Assembly: GCA_963663475.2 (NCBI GenBank)
Contig: CAXXJV010000001.1
Span: 388,279 to 452,278, forward strand
Length of the DNA: 64,000 nt
Direction: 5' to 3'
From: Candidatus Cloacimonadales bacterium
GTDB lineage: Bacteria; Cloacimonadota; Cloacimonadia; Cloacimonadales; JAFGVF01
The notes under the pieces: model-generated
Told to the model about the DNA's origin: nothing
Databases searched by the model: none
What the model saw: only the letters and a program-made list of their open reading frames with translations
Shown: positions 9,159 to 18,380 of the stretch, piece after piece
Layout of the letters: every line of letters begins with the position of its first letter
How positions within the stretch are numbered: position 1 is the stretch's first letter
Program-made: the position numbers and the translations under genes

Positions 9159-9980
9159 ATGATAAGGAAAATCTCACTTATATTACTAGTTACTAGTCTT
9201 TTTCTCATTGCCTGTAGTCAAAATACGCAAGTGTATAGTCAGATAGTTGAAATTGAAAAGATTGGTAACATTAGTCTTAATTTTGATATCAAAGATGTGG
9301 CCTATGAAACTTCCAGCAAAATGCTTTATGTTGCCGAAGATTATAAAGATTTTGTTTGGATTTATCATAATTTTGACTTCCAGAACAAAATTGGAGGCAA
9401 GGGTAATAACACTAGGTCTTTCCAGTTACTTACCGATATTGAAGTTTCTGAAAATGGCAACCTACTTGCCTTGGATAATCTGCAAAAAAGAATAGCAATC
9501 TTTGATAAGGATGGTATTTATAAGAGTAGCCTTTCCTTGTCTCAATACTCTAACCCAAATAGATTTACCTTAGGAAGTGATGATTTAATCTACTTTTATG
9601 ATAGAGATGATCAAGAAGTAGTCCTGCTAAATCTCCTAACAAATCAAGAATTCATGAGATTTGGAAAATTTGAAATTACTCTTCCCAAAGCTATTAGATT
9701 CATGAATGATTATCTTTTAGTCACTACTGAAAACTACCAGACTGACATTTATTCTTCCTTAGGATCTTTTGTTGATAATTATCAACACTTAGCCCTTAAA
9801 GATAAATATCAAAACACTATTTCTCTTCATAATAACTTTATCTTTGTTAATGGCCAAGCACTCACAGCCCTTATCATGCAAAGTTCTCCGCAAGGAATCT
9901 TTCTAAAAGGTAAGACTTTAATCGTTTATAGCCAAAATGAAATTTCACTTTTTAATTTAAAATATAAGACTCTCAATTAA
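9159..9980 (+). CDS. Hypothetical lipoprotein (possibly beta-propeller/NHL-like)
   Basis: 273 aa with a lipobox-like LFLIAC|S after a hydrophobic leader. No confident family assignment. Confidence 0.45.
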   Translation: MIRKISLILLVTSLFLIACSQNTQVYSQIVEIEKIGNISLNFDIKDVAYETSSKMLYVAEDYKDFVWIYHNFDFQNKIGGKGNNTRSFQLLTDIEVSENGNLLALDNLQKRIAIFDKDGIYKSSLSLSQYSNPNRFTLGSDDLIYFYDRDDQEVVLLNLLTNQEFMRFGKFEITLPKAIRFMNDYLLVTTENYQTDIYSSLGSFVDNYQHLALKDKYQNTISLHNNFIFVNGQALTALIMQSSPQGIFLKGKTLIVYSQNEISLFNLKYKTLN

Positions 9981-9990
9981 TAGGACATTT

Positions 9991-11502
9991 ATGAATAAGA
10001 CAAAACAAAAACTTCCCGCATTATTTTTATTAATATTTTCAGCACTTATCTTAGGACTTAGTAGGTTTCCTGGATCTATGGGTATTTTTTCCTTCATTGG
10101 CTTTATACCTCTCTTTAGATATTTTGATAGTGAGAAAAAAACTCACAGTAAACTCTTGCTATCTGCCTTTGTTTTCTCTTTAGTTAATACCTTAGTTGCA
10201 TATCATTGGATTGGACTAGTCACTATTCCTGGTCTCATTGGTATGGTTTTTCTCTTTGCTTTCTATTATTGGGGAGTATTTATTTATCTAAATCAAGTAT
10301 GGAATAAGCAGGAATGGCTAAAATGGCTAGGCTTTATTTCTATTTGGTTAACCTTCGAACTCTTCTTATTTTATACAGAATTACGTTTCCCTTGGTTAAA
10401 TATTGGCTATGCTTTAAGTAATTTTAACCTTTTAACCCAAATAGCTGATATTGGAGGTATTCATCTCATTTCTGTTGCCATTATCATTTCAAACATCTTG
10501 CTATATCGCCTTCTATCTGGAGCTAAGACAGCCCTTTATCTGCTAATTATCTTCTTCTCACTTTGGTTAGGTTATGGATATGTAAGATACAATAGTATAA
10601 AGCTTGAACTAGCAGACTTAAAAATTAAGATGATGCAACCCTCAATTGATACTAATAAGTTTGATATCCCCACTGAAGATATCCTAGCTATTTATGAAAA
10701 ACAAGCTTACTACGCCTCTTTAGAAGATTTAGATTTATTTATCTGGCCTGAAGCAGCAGTAACAGACTTCCCGCTCAGGAAAAAAGATTTCGGAAGTGGT
10801 AAGAGAATTAGAGATCTAGCCAAGAAGTACAAGTTAAATATATTCTTTGGTACTACTGATGCAGTTGAAGCCCCTGAAGACCATCCAGAACCATTCTATT
10901 ACTACAATACTGCCACTCTTCTTAGATATCCTGAAGATGTCTTTGAAGACCCCTATTACAAAATGTACTTAGTCCCGGTAGGCGAAAGAATGCCCTATTT
11001 AAACCTCTTCCCTTTTCTCTGGAAACTACAGTTTGGTCAAGCCAACTGGGAATTTGGTAAAGAACTTAAATTCTATAAAATTAAAAATAAAAATGGCCAA
11101 GAATTCACTTTTTCACCCCAAATTTGTTATGAAATTATCTTTCCAGAAATTTCTAATAAGATGGTTAGACAAGGACTTGACTTTATTGTTAATCTAACTA
11201 ATGATGCCTGGTTTAAAAAATCAATTGGCACCTATCAACACGCAATGATGACCAGAATAAGAGCAATTGAGACAAGAACTCCCTTTATTCGTTGTGCTAA
11301 TACTGGCCATTCCTTAGCTGTATCACCAAATGGAAGGATAGAAACTTACACTAAACTCTATGATGTAGCTAATTTTCAAGCTCCTGTTTATACAACAAAG
11401 AGTAAATCTCTCTATGTTTTTTACTTGTTTTGGCTACCTTTCATCTTTCCTATTTCTGCTTTGGTGATTTTTTTCCTTGCCAAAATTAAATATAATAAAT
11501 GA
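9991..11502 (+). CDS. lnt: Apolipoprotein N-acyltransferase
   Basis: 503 aa. Multi-TM N-terminus plus a CN-hydrolase domain with FIWPEAAV and ICYEIIFPE (catalytic Glu/Cys). Confidence 0.9.
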   Translation: MNKTKQKLPALFLLIFSALILGLSRFPGSMGIFSFIGFIPLFRYFDSEKKTHSKLLLSAFVFSLVNTLVAYHWIGLVTIPGLIGMVFLFAFYYWGVFIYLNQVWNKQEWLKWLGFISIWLTFELFLFYTELRFPWLNIGYALSNFNLLTQIADIGGIHLISVAIIISNILLYRLLSGAKTALYLLIIFFSLWLGYGYVRYNSIKLELADLKIKMMQPSIDTNKFDIPTEDILAIYEKQAYYASLEDLDLFIWPEAAVTDFPLRKKDFGSGKRIRDLAKKYKLNIFFGTTDAVEAPEDHPEPFYYYNTATLLRYPEDVFEDPYYKMYLVPVGERMPYLNLFPFLWKLQFGQANWEFGKELKFYKIKNKNGQEFTFSPQICYEIIFPEISNKMVRQGLDFIVNLTNDAWFKKSIGTYQHAMMTRIRAIETRTPFIRCANTGHSLAVSPNGRIETYTKLYDVANFQAPVYTTKSKSLYVFYLFWLPFIFPISALVIFFLAKIKYNK

Positions 11503-11633
11503 AATAGTTCTAAGAATAGATATTAACCTTTGGATAAAGATTCACTTTGGATTAGATGATAATTAACTAAGCATGTCTCCGAGTGATAAAATAACTAAAC
11601 TTGATTATTAGACAGTCTTAATTTAAGGATAAA

Positions 11634-11984
11634 ATGGAAAAATTATATTATACTATTACAGAAGTTAGTAAACTTTTAGATATTAAACCTTATGTCATAA
11701 GATATTGGGAAACAGAGTTTCCTCAAATACGCAGGAGTAGGAAAAGTGGGCGTAACAGACGCTATAATCAAAAGGAATATGAGACTATATGTATTATTAA
11801 AGACCTGCTTTATGACAAAAAATATACAATTAAGGGAGCAAAACAAGCTCTCAAAGATAATGTAAATCCTCCAGTAAATGAGGCTGCTCCCAAAGAAATA
11901 ACAAGTCCACAACAAGAATTAAAAAACATAAAAGATTTACTAGGAAAGATTAAAAAAATAGTAGAAGAATTTAAACACGAATAG
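11634..11984 (+). CDS. MerR-family transcriptional regulator
   Basis: 116 aa with the N-terminal HTH YTITEVSKLLDIKPYVIRYWETEF. The last codons and the TAG stop lie inside the MITE copy at 11976. Confidence 0.8.
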   Translation: MEKLYYTITEVSKLLDIKPYVIRYWETEFPQIRRSRKSGRNRRYNQKEYETICIIKDLLYDKKYTIKGAKQALKDNVNPPVNEAAPKEITSPQQELKNIKDLLGKIKKIVEEFKHE

Positions 11985-12070
11985 TACATTTGAACTTTTG
12001 GTGAAGAGAGCTAGATTCTTTTAGCAAAATAAGATTCTGCTATTCTCAAAGATTTATTGCATTATTTTGG
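11976..12070 (+). mobile_element. MITE-like element, short form (95 bp)
   Basis: CACGAATAGTACATTTGAAC...TTATTGCATTATTTTGG, flanked by TTAAA (11971-11975 and 12071-12075). It overlaps the 3' end of the MerR CDS. Confidence 0.75.
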
Positions 12071-12075
12071 TTAAA

Positions 12076-12236
12076 CCCAGATAGTGTAGTAGAGCTTTAG
12101 TGAAGAGTGCAGATTATTCTAGCAAAATAGCTTACAGAATTTTGACGCATATATTTTATATATTCGGAGAAATTATGGATCTTACTTTTGCAGAAGAATA
12201 TAGTGCTGTTCACAAAGGTCTACTGCATTATTTGGG
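12076..12236 (+). mobile_element. MITE-like element (161 bp)
   Basis: CCCAGATAGTGTAGTAGA...TCTACTGCATTATTTGGG, flanked by TTAAA on both sides. It is 159/161 identical to the 25196-25356 copy. Confidence 0.9.
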
Positions 12237-12262
12237 TTAAATAGTATAGTAAGCTAAACTTA

Positions 12263-12877
12263 TTACTTAACAAGTCCTAATAAGGCAAGAACTGCCATTC
12301 CTATCATTAAGACTCCTGATGCCTTTCTAATGACTAATTGAAATTTATCAGAAACCAGTTTTTTAAAATGGCCTACTAGATAAGACATTGTTACCCACCA
12401 AGAAATTGATCCAAGCATAATCCCTCCTACAACTGTTGGGATATCAAAGCTTTTATTCTGGGGATCTACAATAATATGAAAGAGGATGAAGATTTGGAGA
12501 AAGACAAATATAGTAGGTGGATTAATGATTGCAATTAAAAAGGTGTTTCTAAATTCATGGTGTAATTTGGGTGGTTTCTTAGGTTGACCTAAAGATTTCT
12601 TTAAAAGTATCCTGAGGCCAAGCAGGATTAACACTGAAGCAGAAACTATCCTAACTACAAGATTATGTCTTGTTAAGAATTCATCAATTTGCATTACTCC
12701 AAGAGATGCTATCAAAGCAAAAATAGTATCAGCTGTAGCACTTCCTAAGCCTGCAGCTAAACCATTCTTTCTTCCCTTCTCTAGAATTCTATGAAGAGCA
12801 TAAAAAGTTATTGGTCCTGAAGGTAATGAAGTTATTACACCTGTAATAAATGCTTTTATAAATAGTAGTATGTTCAT
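12263..12877 (-). CDS. LysE/RhtB-family amino-acid exporter
   Basis: 204 aa with about 6 TM segments and an N-terminal motif typical of the LysE family (GVITSLPSGPITFYAL). Confidence 0.75.
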   Translation of the reverse strand: MNILLFIKAFITGVITSLPSGPITFYALHRILEKGRKNGLAAGLGSATADTIFALIASLGVMQIDEFLTRHNLVVRIVSASVLILLGLRILLKKSLGQPKKPPKLHHEFRNTFLIAIINPPTIFVFLQIFILFHIIVDPQNKSFDIPTVVGGIMLGSISWWVTMSYLVGHFKKLVSDKFQLVIRKASGVLMIGMAVLALLGLVK

Positions 12878-12992
12878 ATTATCTCTTGATTTCTTTCATA
12901 TTTTATTTGAATAACTAAAATGCTGATTGACAGATTCTGTAAAGTTTTTTTTTCTTAATGAATATAATAAAATAATGTAAGAGAAGAATAAA

Positions 12993-13265
12993 ATGATAGT
13001 TATAGGTATATTTTTTTTAGGTGTTTTACTAGGTTCAATTGGCAAAAAGTATCAAAGACTATTCTATTATAGTGAGATTTTAACATCTGTGAGTCTTTAT
13101 CTTTTGCTTCTTTTTTTAGGAATTTCAATAGGCAAGAATTCCGAAATTATTGATAATATGGCTTCAATTGGATTAAAGGGATTTTCTTTTGCAATAGCTT
13201 CCGCTTTGGGATCTATTATCTTAATTATCCCCCTCTACCTAATCTTCCCTAAAAAGGACAAATAA
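12993..13265 (+). CDS. LysO/YbjE-family (DUF340) membrane protein, N-terminal piece
   Basis: 90-aa polytopic protein. Its stop overlaps the next start (TAATG). Together the pair has the size and character of a single LysO protein. Confidence 0.6.
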   Translation: MIVIGIFFLGVLLGSIGKKYQRLFYYSEILTSVSLYLLLLFLGISIGKNSEIIDNMASIGLKGFSFAIASALGSIILIIPLYLIFPKKDK

Positions 13266-13870
13266 TGGGAAATTCTTTTAAACTATTATTGATCTTTTTA
13301 GCTGGCATTGGCCTAGGGCTAGTAAATATACTGCCAAGTAATCTTAATATTGATAAGATTTCAGAATATCTGCTTTATCTCCTAGTTTTGAGTATTGGGA
13401 TAAGTATAGCTAAATCAGAAGGAATTCTCAAAATAATCAAAACTTATCATTTAAAACTCTTCCTTCTTCCTCTTTTTATTACCATAGGTAGCCTGCTAGC
13501 AAGCCTTATATTAGGCTTTTTCTACTCTGATATATCTTTAAAAGACTCTTTAGGTCTAGGAGCAGGTTTGGGATATTACAGTTTATCTAGCCTCATGATC
13601 TCTCAATATGGCTTCAAAGAAATTGGAGCTATTGCTCTTATTAGCAATATTATTAGAGAAATCTCAACTTTAATCTTAGCCCCTCTCATGATAAAAGTAT
13701 TTGGACGATTCTCACCAATAGCAAGTGCAGGAGCTACTTCTATGGATACTACTCTAGCTGTTATTATGAAATATACAGACAAGGAAAATGCTATAATTTC
13801 TATGTTTAATGGGGTAACATTGAGTATTCTTGTACCTCTACTAATTACTTTAATCTACGAAATTTTATAA
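13265..13870 (+). CDS. LysO/YbjE-family (DUF340) membrane protein, C-terminal piece
   Basis: 201-aa polytopic protein, translationally coupled to 12993-13265. Confidence 0.6.
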   Translation: MGNSFKLLLIFLAGIGLGLVNILPSNLNIDKISEYLLYLLVLSIGISIAKSEGILKIIKTYHLKLFLLPLFITIGSLLASLILGFFYSDISLKDSLGLGAGLGYYSLSSLMISQYGFKEIGAIALISNIIREISTLILAPLMIKVFGRFSPIASAGATSMDTTLAVIMKYTDKENAIISMFNGVTLSILVPLLITLIYEIL

Positions 13871-13911
13871 AAGTAAAATCCAGATTAGCATAAAAAAGAC
13901 TGTTTCCTTTT

Positions 13912-13997
13912 GGCTCTTTCTCAAGTAGACTGGAATTCCTCAACCCTAGATAAGGACTTAGGACGGAGTCATTTCCCACTCTACTCGGGAGAGAGCC
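13912..13997 (+). repeat. GC-rich hairpin module carrying a shared roughly 34-nt core
   Basis: Arms GGCTCTTTCTCAAGTAGA / TCTACTCGGGAGAGAGCC. The core TTCCTCAACCCTAGATAAGGACTTAGGACGGAG (13936-13968) is related to 55020-55053 and to the reverse complement of 25455-25490. Confidence 0.65.
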
Positions 13998-14057
13998 TTA
14001 CTTGTTGATTATATTCTTTGCATAAAAACTAATATCTATTAACTTTTATTATATAAT

Positions 14058-14121
14058 CTCATTGATGCAGTAGAGCTAAAGAATATTCTGCTATTCTCAA
14101 AGATCTACTAACTTATTTGGG
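14058..14121 (+). mobile_element. MITE-like element, mini form (64 bp)
   Basis: CTCATTGATGCAGTAGAG...GATCTACTAACTTATTTGGG, flanked by ATAAT (14053-14057 and 14122-14126). Confidence 0.7.
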
Positions 14122-14142
14122 ATAATAAATAATGGAGTTTTA

Positions 14143-14769
14143 ATGAAAATAAAAAATATAATTTGGGATTTTGATGGAACTATAATGGATACTTATCCAG
14201 CTATTGCTACTGCAACTTACAATATAGCCAAGAAGAATAATATTGAAACTACTTATGACCAGATTCTTAAAATGACCAAAGTCACCCTTCGCTATGCTCT
14301 TGAGTTTATAGCTGATAAGACTTCTAAATCTTACCCTGACCTCTTCCAAGAATATCTACATGAATATGATAACTATGATATATCTAAACTACCTGTCTTT
14401 GATAAGGTTGTTGATATCCTAACTTTCATAAAAGATCAGGGAGGAAAAAACTATATTATTACTCACCGAGGAAAAGCTTCTCTTATTAAACATCTTCAGG
14501 AGAAAAAGCTTGATAACTTCTTTTCTTACTTGATAACTGGAGATTGTGATTTCCCTAGAAAACCTCAAGCTGATGCCTTTATCTTTCTGCGAGATAAGTA
14601 TCAATTAAGCAATAAAGATACTATTGTAGTTGGAGATAGGTTGCTAGATGTCCAAGCTGGATATGGGGCTGGTTTCAAAGGTATTCTCTATAAAAACCCT
14701 AGTGATTTCTCAGGTAAGCTAAAATCTATCGATGATTACAAAGAGCTATTAGACCTTGTTCAGAATTAG
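14143..14769 (+). CDS. HAD-family hydrolase (phosphatase, PGP-like)
   Basis: 208 aa. Motif I is IIWDFDGTIMDT and the C-terminal motif is VGDRLLDVQAG. Confidence 0.85.
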   Translation: MKIKNIIWDFDGTIMDTYPAIATATYNIAKKNNIETTYDQILKMTKVTLRYALEFIADKTSKSYPDLFQEYLHEYDNYDISKLPVFDKVVDILTFIKDQGGKNYIITHRGKASLIKHLQEKKLDNFFSYLITGDCDFPRKPQADAFIFLRDKYQLSNKDTIVVGDRLLDVQAGYGAGFKGILYKNPSDFSGKLKSIDDYKELLDLVQN

Positions 14770-14775
14770 TGAAAG

Positions 14776-15825
14776 TTAAGAAAAAAGACTCCTGAGGTAA
14801 TCATCATTTTGAGAACTTAGTTTAACTTTTAGAATATAATAAGGAAGTGAGAAGCTAGGTAAGGATTGTAGTTTTACGTAATCCTTTTCGGTAACTACTA
14901 AAGAATTTAACTTATATTTACTTATAGCTGCATTAATTCTCTCCCGGAAGTTGGGATCTTGGAAATCAAAATGATCTGAGAGTTTGAAGTGCATCTCATA
15001 AGTCAAGCCATATGTTCTAGCAGTCTTTTCAAAACCTTGAGGATAGCCTATACCTGATAAAAGAGCATTTCTCCCCTTATTAACTTCTGCTAAATCAACT
15101 TGATTATCATTACTATCATATAAGCCAATAGGCTGATAGTTAAACTTTAAAATCTCCTTACCTGAGTTAAGCAAGTTCAGGGGGATATGACTTTCATCTA
15201 ACTGATTCCAAATTATGGCAGTAACATATTGAAGAGACTTTAGTGATTCTCTTAATAAGCCAGCTGGTAGAACAAAACCATTTCCTAAAGCAAAACCAGA
15301 GTTAAAGACTACAAAATCATAATCATGTTCTACTCGCAGATGCTGAAAAGAATCATCTAGGATTACATAATCGGTATCTGGATATTCTGATTCTATAAGC
15401 TTTAAGGCTTGACTTCTATCTCTACCCACTACTATGGGGATACCTGGCAATTTCTTAGCAAGCAATAAGGGCTCATCTCCAGCTTTAAGGGCTAATTCAA
15501 AGATTTGTTGCTTATTAGAGATAAAAACTGTTTTATTCTCATATTCTCCTTTGTAGCCCCTATGTGATACTACCACCTTCTTACCTAAAGATTCTAGGAG
15601 ATTACAAAGATAAATAGTAAAAGGAGTTTTACCTGCTCCTCCCGAAACTATGTTACCAATACTAATAACTTTTAGCTTAGATTTATAGGCTTTTTTCAAC
15701 TTCTTTCGGTACAAGAAACGTCTTAAGCTTTGTATAGAAGCGTAAAGAAGACTAGGAGCTAAAAGTAGGTATGATAAAAGCGACCTTTTTCTGAGATGCT
15801 TATCAATAAAAGTCTGAATATCCAT
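14776..15825 (-). CDS. lpxK: Tetraacyldisaccharide 4'-kinase
   Basis: 349 aa. P-loop GNIVSGGAGKTP, DDSFQH motif and an N-terminal membrane anchor. Confidence 0.9.
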   Translation of the reverse strand: MDIQTFIDKHLRKRSLLSYLLLAPSLLYASIQSLRRFLYRKKLKKAYKSKLKVISIGNIVSGGAGKTPFTIYLCNLLESLGKKVVVSHRGYKGEYENKTVFISNKQQIFELALKAGDEPLLLAKKLPGIPIVVGRDRSQALKLIESEYPDTDYVILDDSFQHLRVEHDYDFVVFNSGFALGNGFVLPAGLLRESLKSLQYVTAIIWNQLDESHIPLNLLNSGKEILKFNYQPIGLYDSNDNQVDLAEVNKGRNALLSGIGYPQGFEKTARTYGLTYEMHFKLSDHFDFQDPNFRERINAAISKYKLNSLVVTEKDYVKLQSLPSFSLPYYILKVKLSSQNDDYLRSLFS

Positions 15826-15948
15826 TGCTTATCCTTTTACTAATTATATTTTATAAGTCACTATAAATAATCAGTCATTAATCTGTCAAATAATCAATGA
15901 AGAGAAATTATTCTTGCCAAAAAAATAGGATAAATAATCTAATACAAT

Positions 15949-18315
15949 ATGAAATATTATCAAATAGCCTTAAATATAGATATCGCAAATACATTTACTT
16001 ATGCAAGTAAAGAGAGTCAAGCTCTTAACCGAAGGTGCATTGTGCCTTTTGGAAAGACTATTCGAACAGGCATTATTGTAGATGAAGCTAAAGAGATTAA
16101 TCCCAAAATCAGTTACAAGGAAATCATTGAAGTAATTGATAAACAGAATATACTTGCTCCTGATCTATGGAGATTGAGTTTCTGGATGTCTGCTTATTAT
16201 CACTGTAGTCTCGGTAAGGCTATGTTTTCAATGCTCCCCAAGGGAATATCGGTAGAGATACAGACTGAAATCAGGGTAGTAGATGATAAGCTTTTAAAAG
16301 ACAAGGCAGGATTCCTATTTGATATAATAAAGAGTGGTTCTTGGTTTGATTTGAATGAAATCAGAAGTAATTTTTCATCCAAATTAACTTATGCTTTATT
16401 AGAGGATCTTGAGAGATTAGCCTGTATAGAGATTAAAAGAGTTTATGATAAAAAAGTTAAAGTTAAGAAAGCTAACTTTATTTTTTTAGAAGAAGTAGAT
16501 GAGCTACCAAAGCTTAGTAGTAAACAAGCAGCTGCTTATGATTTGATTAAGAATAGTGATAAAGTGATTGGTCTTTCACAAATAGCCAAAGACTATTCTT
16601 ATTCAATTATCAGAGCACTACAAGAAAAATCACTAATCAAAATTATTCCCCTAGAAGTAAGTGATAATATAGATTTATTGCCAGTTCGAAAAGAAAGAAA
16701 AATAGTAAAACTTACTAGTGAACAAGCTAGTGTTATTGATAATATTGAAAGAGAACTTGAGAAGTATCAAGTCCACCTCCTCTATGGAATTACTGGAAGC
16801 GGTAAAACAGAAGTCTATATAAGAATAATGGAAAAGATATTGAGTCTAGGTAAAAATGCCCTCTTATTAGTACCAGAAATATCTCTCACACCCCAAGCAG
16901 TTGACAGATTCTATAGTGCCTTTGGAGAAAAGATTGCAATTTTACACAGTCATCTAACTGATAGAGAAAGATTATATGAATGGAAAAGAATAAAGAATCA
17001 AGAATGTAGGATTATTATTGGTGCTAGGTCTGCTATCTTTGCTCCTTTAGAAGATATTGGTTTAATAATAGTTGATGAAGAACATGAAGGTTCATATAAG
17101 CAAGATAATAGTCCACGATATAATGCCCGTGATTTAGCTGTCATAAGAAGTAAAATCAACAATTGTCCTTTAATTTTAGGTTCAGCCACTCCCTCATTAG
17201 AATCTTGGAATAATGCTATTTCTGGTAAATATGTCCTCAACACGCTACTCAATCGCCCGCAAGGAATATATTTACCACAAGTCCATATAATTGATATGAA
17301 AAAGCAGGAGGGAGACTTCTTAATATCTCAAGAGTTAATAGAGGCAATTAAGGAAAATTTAGCAAGAAAAGAGCAAACTATTCTTTTCCAGAATAGGCGG
17401 GGTTATTCAACCTTCTTACAGTGCAAAAAGTGTGGAGAGTTAGTAACATGCCCTAATTGTGATATTAGCCTGCATTATCATAGTTATAGTGAAGAAGTAG
17501 TCTGCCATTATTGTGGCTATCGCAAGGCTGTTCCCAGAAAATGTGAGGCCTGTGGTAACTATTCTTTTATGTATGGAGCTGGAGGTACCCAAAAGCTGGA
17601 AGAGCAAATCAAGGCACTCTTTCCTTCTGCCAAGATATTAAGAATGGATTCTGATACGACCAGCAAAAAGAAATCTTATACTGATATGTATGAAATGATG
17701 TCAGATGGTTCTATAGACATTCTAATTGGCACCCAGATGATATCAAAAGGATTAGATTTCCCCAATGTTACCCTTGTTGGAGTTATTTTAGCTGATATAA
17801 GTTTGAATCTTCCAGATTTTAGAGCTTCAGAAAGAGCTTTCCAGTTATTAACTCAAGTAGCAGGACGAGCAGGCAGAGGAGATAAGGTTGGTCAAGTCTA
17901 TATCCAAACCTATCTTCCAAATCATTATGCAATTAAAAATTCAGCTAAACAAGATTTTTTAGCTATGGCAGAAATTGAGCTGCAAATGAGATATAATCTT
18001 TTCTATCCACCTCATTTCAGACTAGCCAGAATTCTCTTTTCCCATCAGAATGAAAGCACTATTACTAAGCTATTCAACAAACATCAAGGCTTTTTCGATT
18101 CCCTCTTTCATAACTATGATTTTCAAGAACTTAAAGTACTAGGACCTTGTCCTGCTCCTTTAGTTAAAATTAATAATAAATACCGTTATCATGTAATTTT
18201 TAAAGGAAAGGACGTAGCAATAATCTCTTCGGTGATTAAAGCTTTTAAAGAAGAATTTGCCAAAAAAACTAGTGTTAAAATCGACATAGATATAGACCCA
18301 TCTTCATTATTATAA
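15949..18315 (+). CDS. priA: Primosomal protein N' (replication restart helicase PriA)
   Basis: 788 aa. Walker A GITGSGKTEVY, DEEHE box and Cys-rich zinc region (CKKCGELVTCPNCDISLHYH..CHYCGY..CEACG). Confidence 0.95.
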   Translation: MKYYQIALNIDIANTFTYASKESQALNRRCIVPFGKTIRTGIIVDEAKEINPKISYKEIIEVIDKQNILAPDLWRLSFWMSAYYHCSLGKAMFSMLPKGISVEIQTEIRVVDDKLLKDKAGFLFDIIKSGSWFDLNEIRSNFSSKLTYALLEDLERLACIEIKRVYDKKVKVKKANFIFLEEVDELPKLSSKQAAAYDLIKNSDKVIGLSQIAKDYSYSIIRALQEKSLIKIIPLEVSDNIDLLPVRKERKIVKLTSEQASVIDNIERELEKYQVHLLYGITGSGKTEVYIRIMEKILSLGKNALLLVPEISLTPQAVDRFYSAFGEKIAILHSHLTDRERLYEWKRIKNQECRIIIGARSAIFAPLEDIGLIIVDEEHEGSYKQDNSPRYNARDLAVIRSKINNCPLILGSATPSLESWNNAISGKYVLNTLLNRPQGIYLPQVHIIDMKKQEGDFLISQELIEAIKENLARKEQTILFQNRRGYSTFLQCKKCGELVTCPNCDISLHYHSYSEEVVCHYCGYRKAVPRKCEACGNYSFMYGAGGTQKLEEQIKALFPSAKILRMDSDTTSKKKSYTDMYEMMSDGSIDILIGTQMISKGLDFPNVTLVGVILADISLNLPDFRASERAFQLLTQVAGRAGRGDKVGQVYIQTYLPNHYAIKNSAKQDFLAMAEIELQMRYNLFYPPHFRLARILFSHQNESTITKLFNKHQGFFDSLFHNYDFQELKVLGPCPAPLVKINNKYRYHVIFKGKDVAIISSVIKAFKEEFAKKTSVKIDIDIDPSSLL

Positions 18316-18380
18316 AAATATATCTTGCCATTATAATAAAGTAATGTTTACATGGCCTCATAACAATAAGTGAGGTAAAC

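Noticed and set aside
9186-9495. Numerous short overlapping or antisense ORFs in the track. Examples are 9186-9368, 9247-9495, 11676-11915, 14140-14349, 16200-16382, 19058-19306, 28310-28534, 41437-41811 and 52421-52633.
   Set aside because: All lie inside longer, well-supported genes on the other strand or in another frame. They have low-complexity, hydrophobic or AT-driven compositions and no SD. These are shadow ORFs, expected in AT-rich DNA.
12927-12932. Many TTGACA hexamers upstream of genes (for example 12927, 38923, 46316, 48617 and 63946) considered as promoters.
   Set aside because: TTGACA recurs upstream of many genes, so sigma70-like -35 boxes are plausible. For these instances I could not find a convincing -10 box at 16-19 nt. 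Only the better-spaced cases are reported as features.
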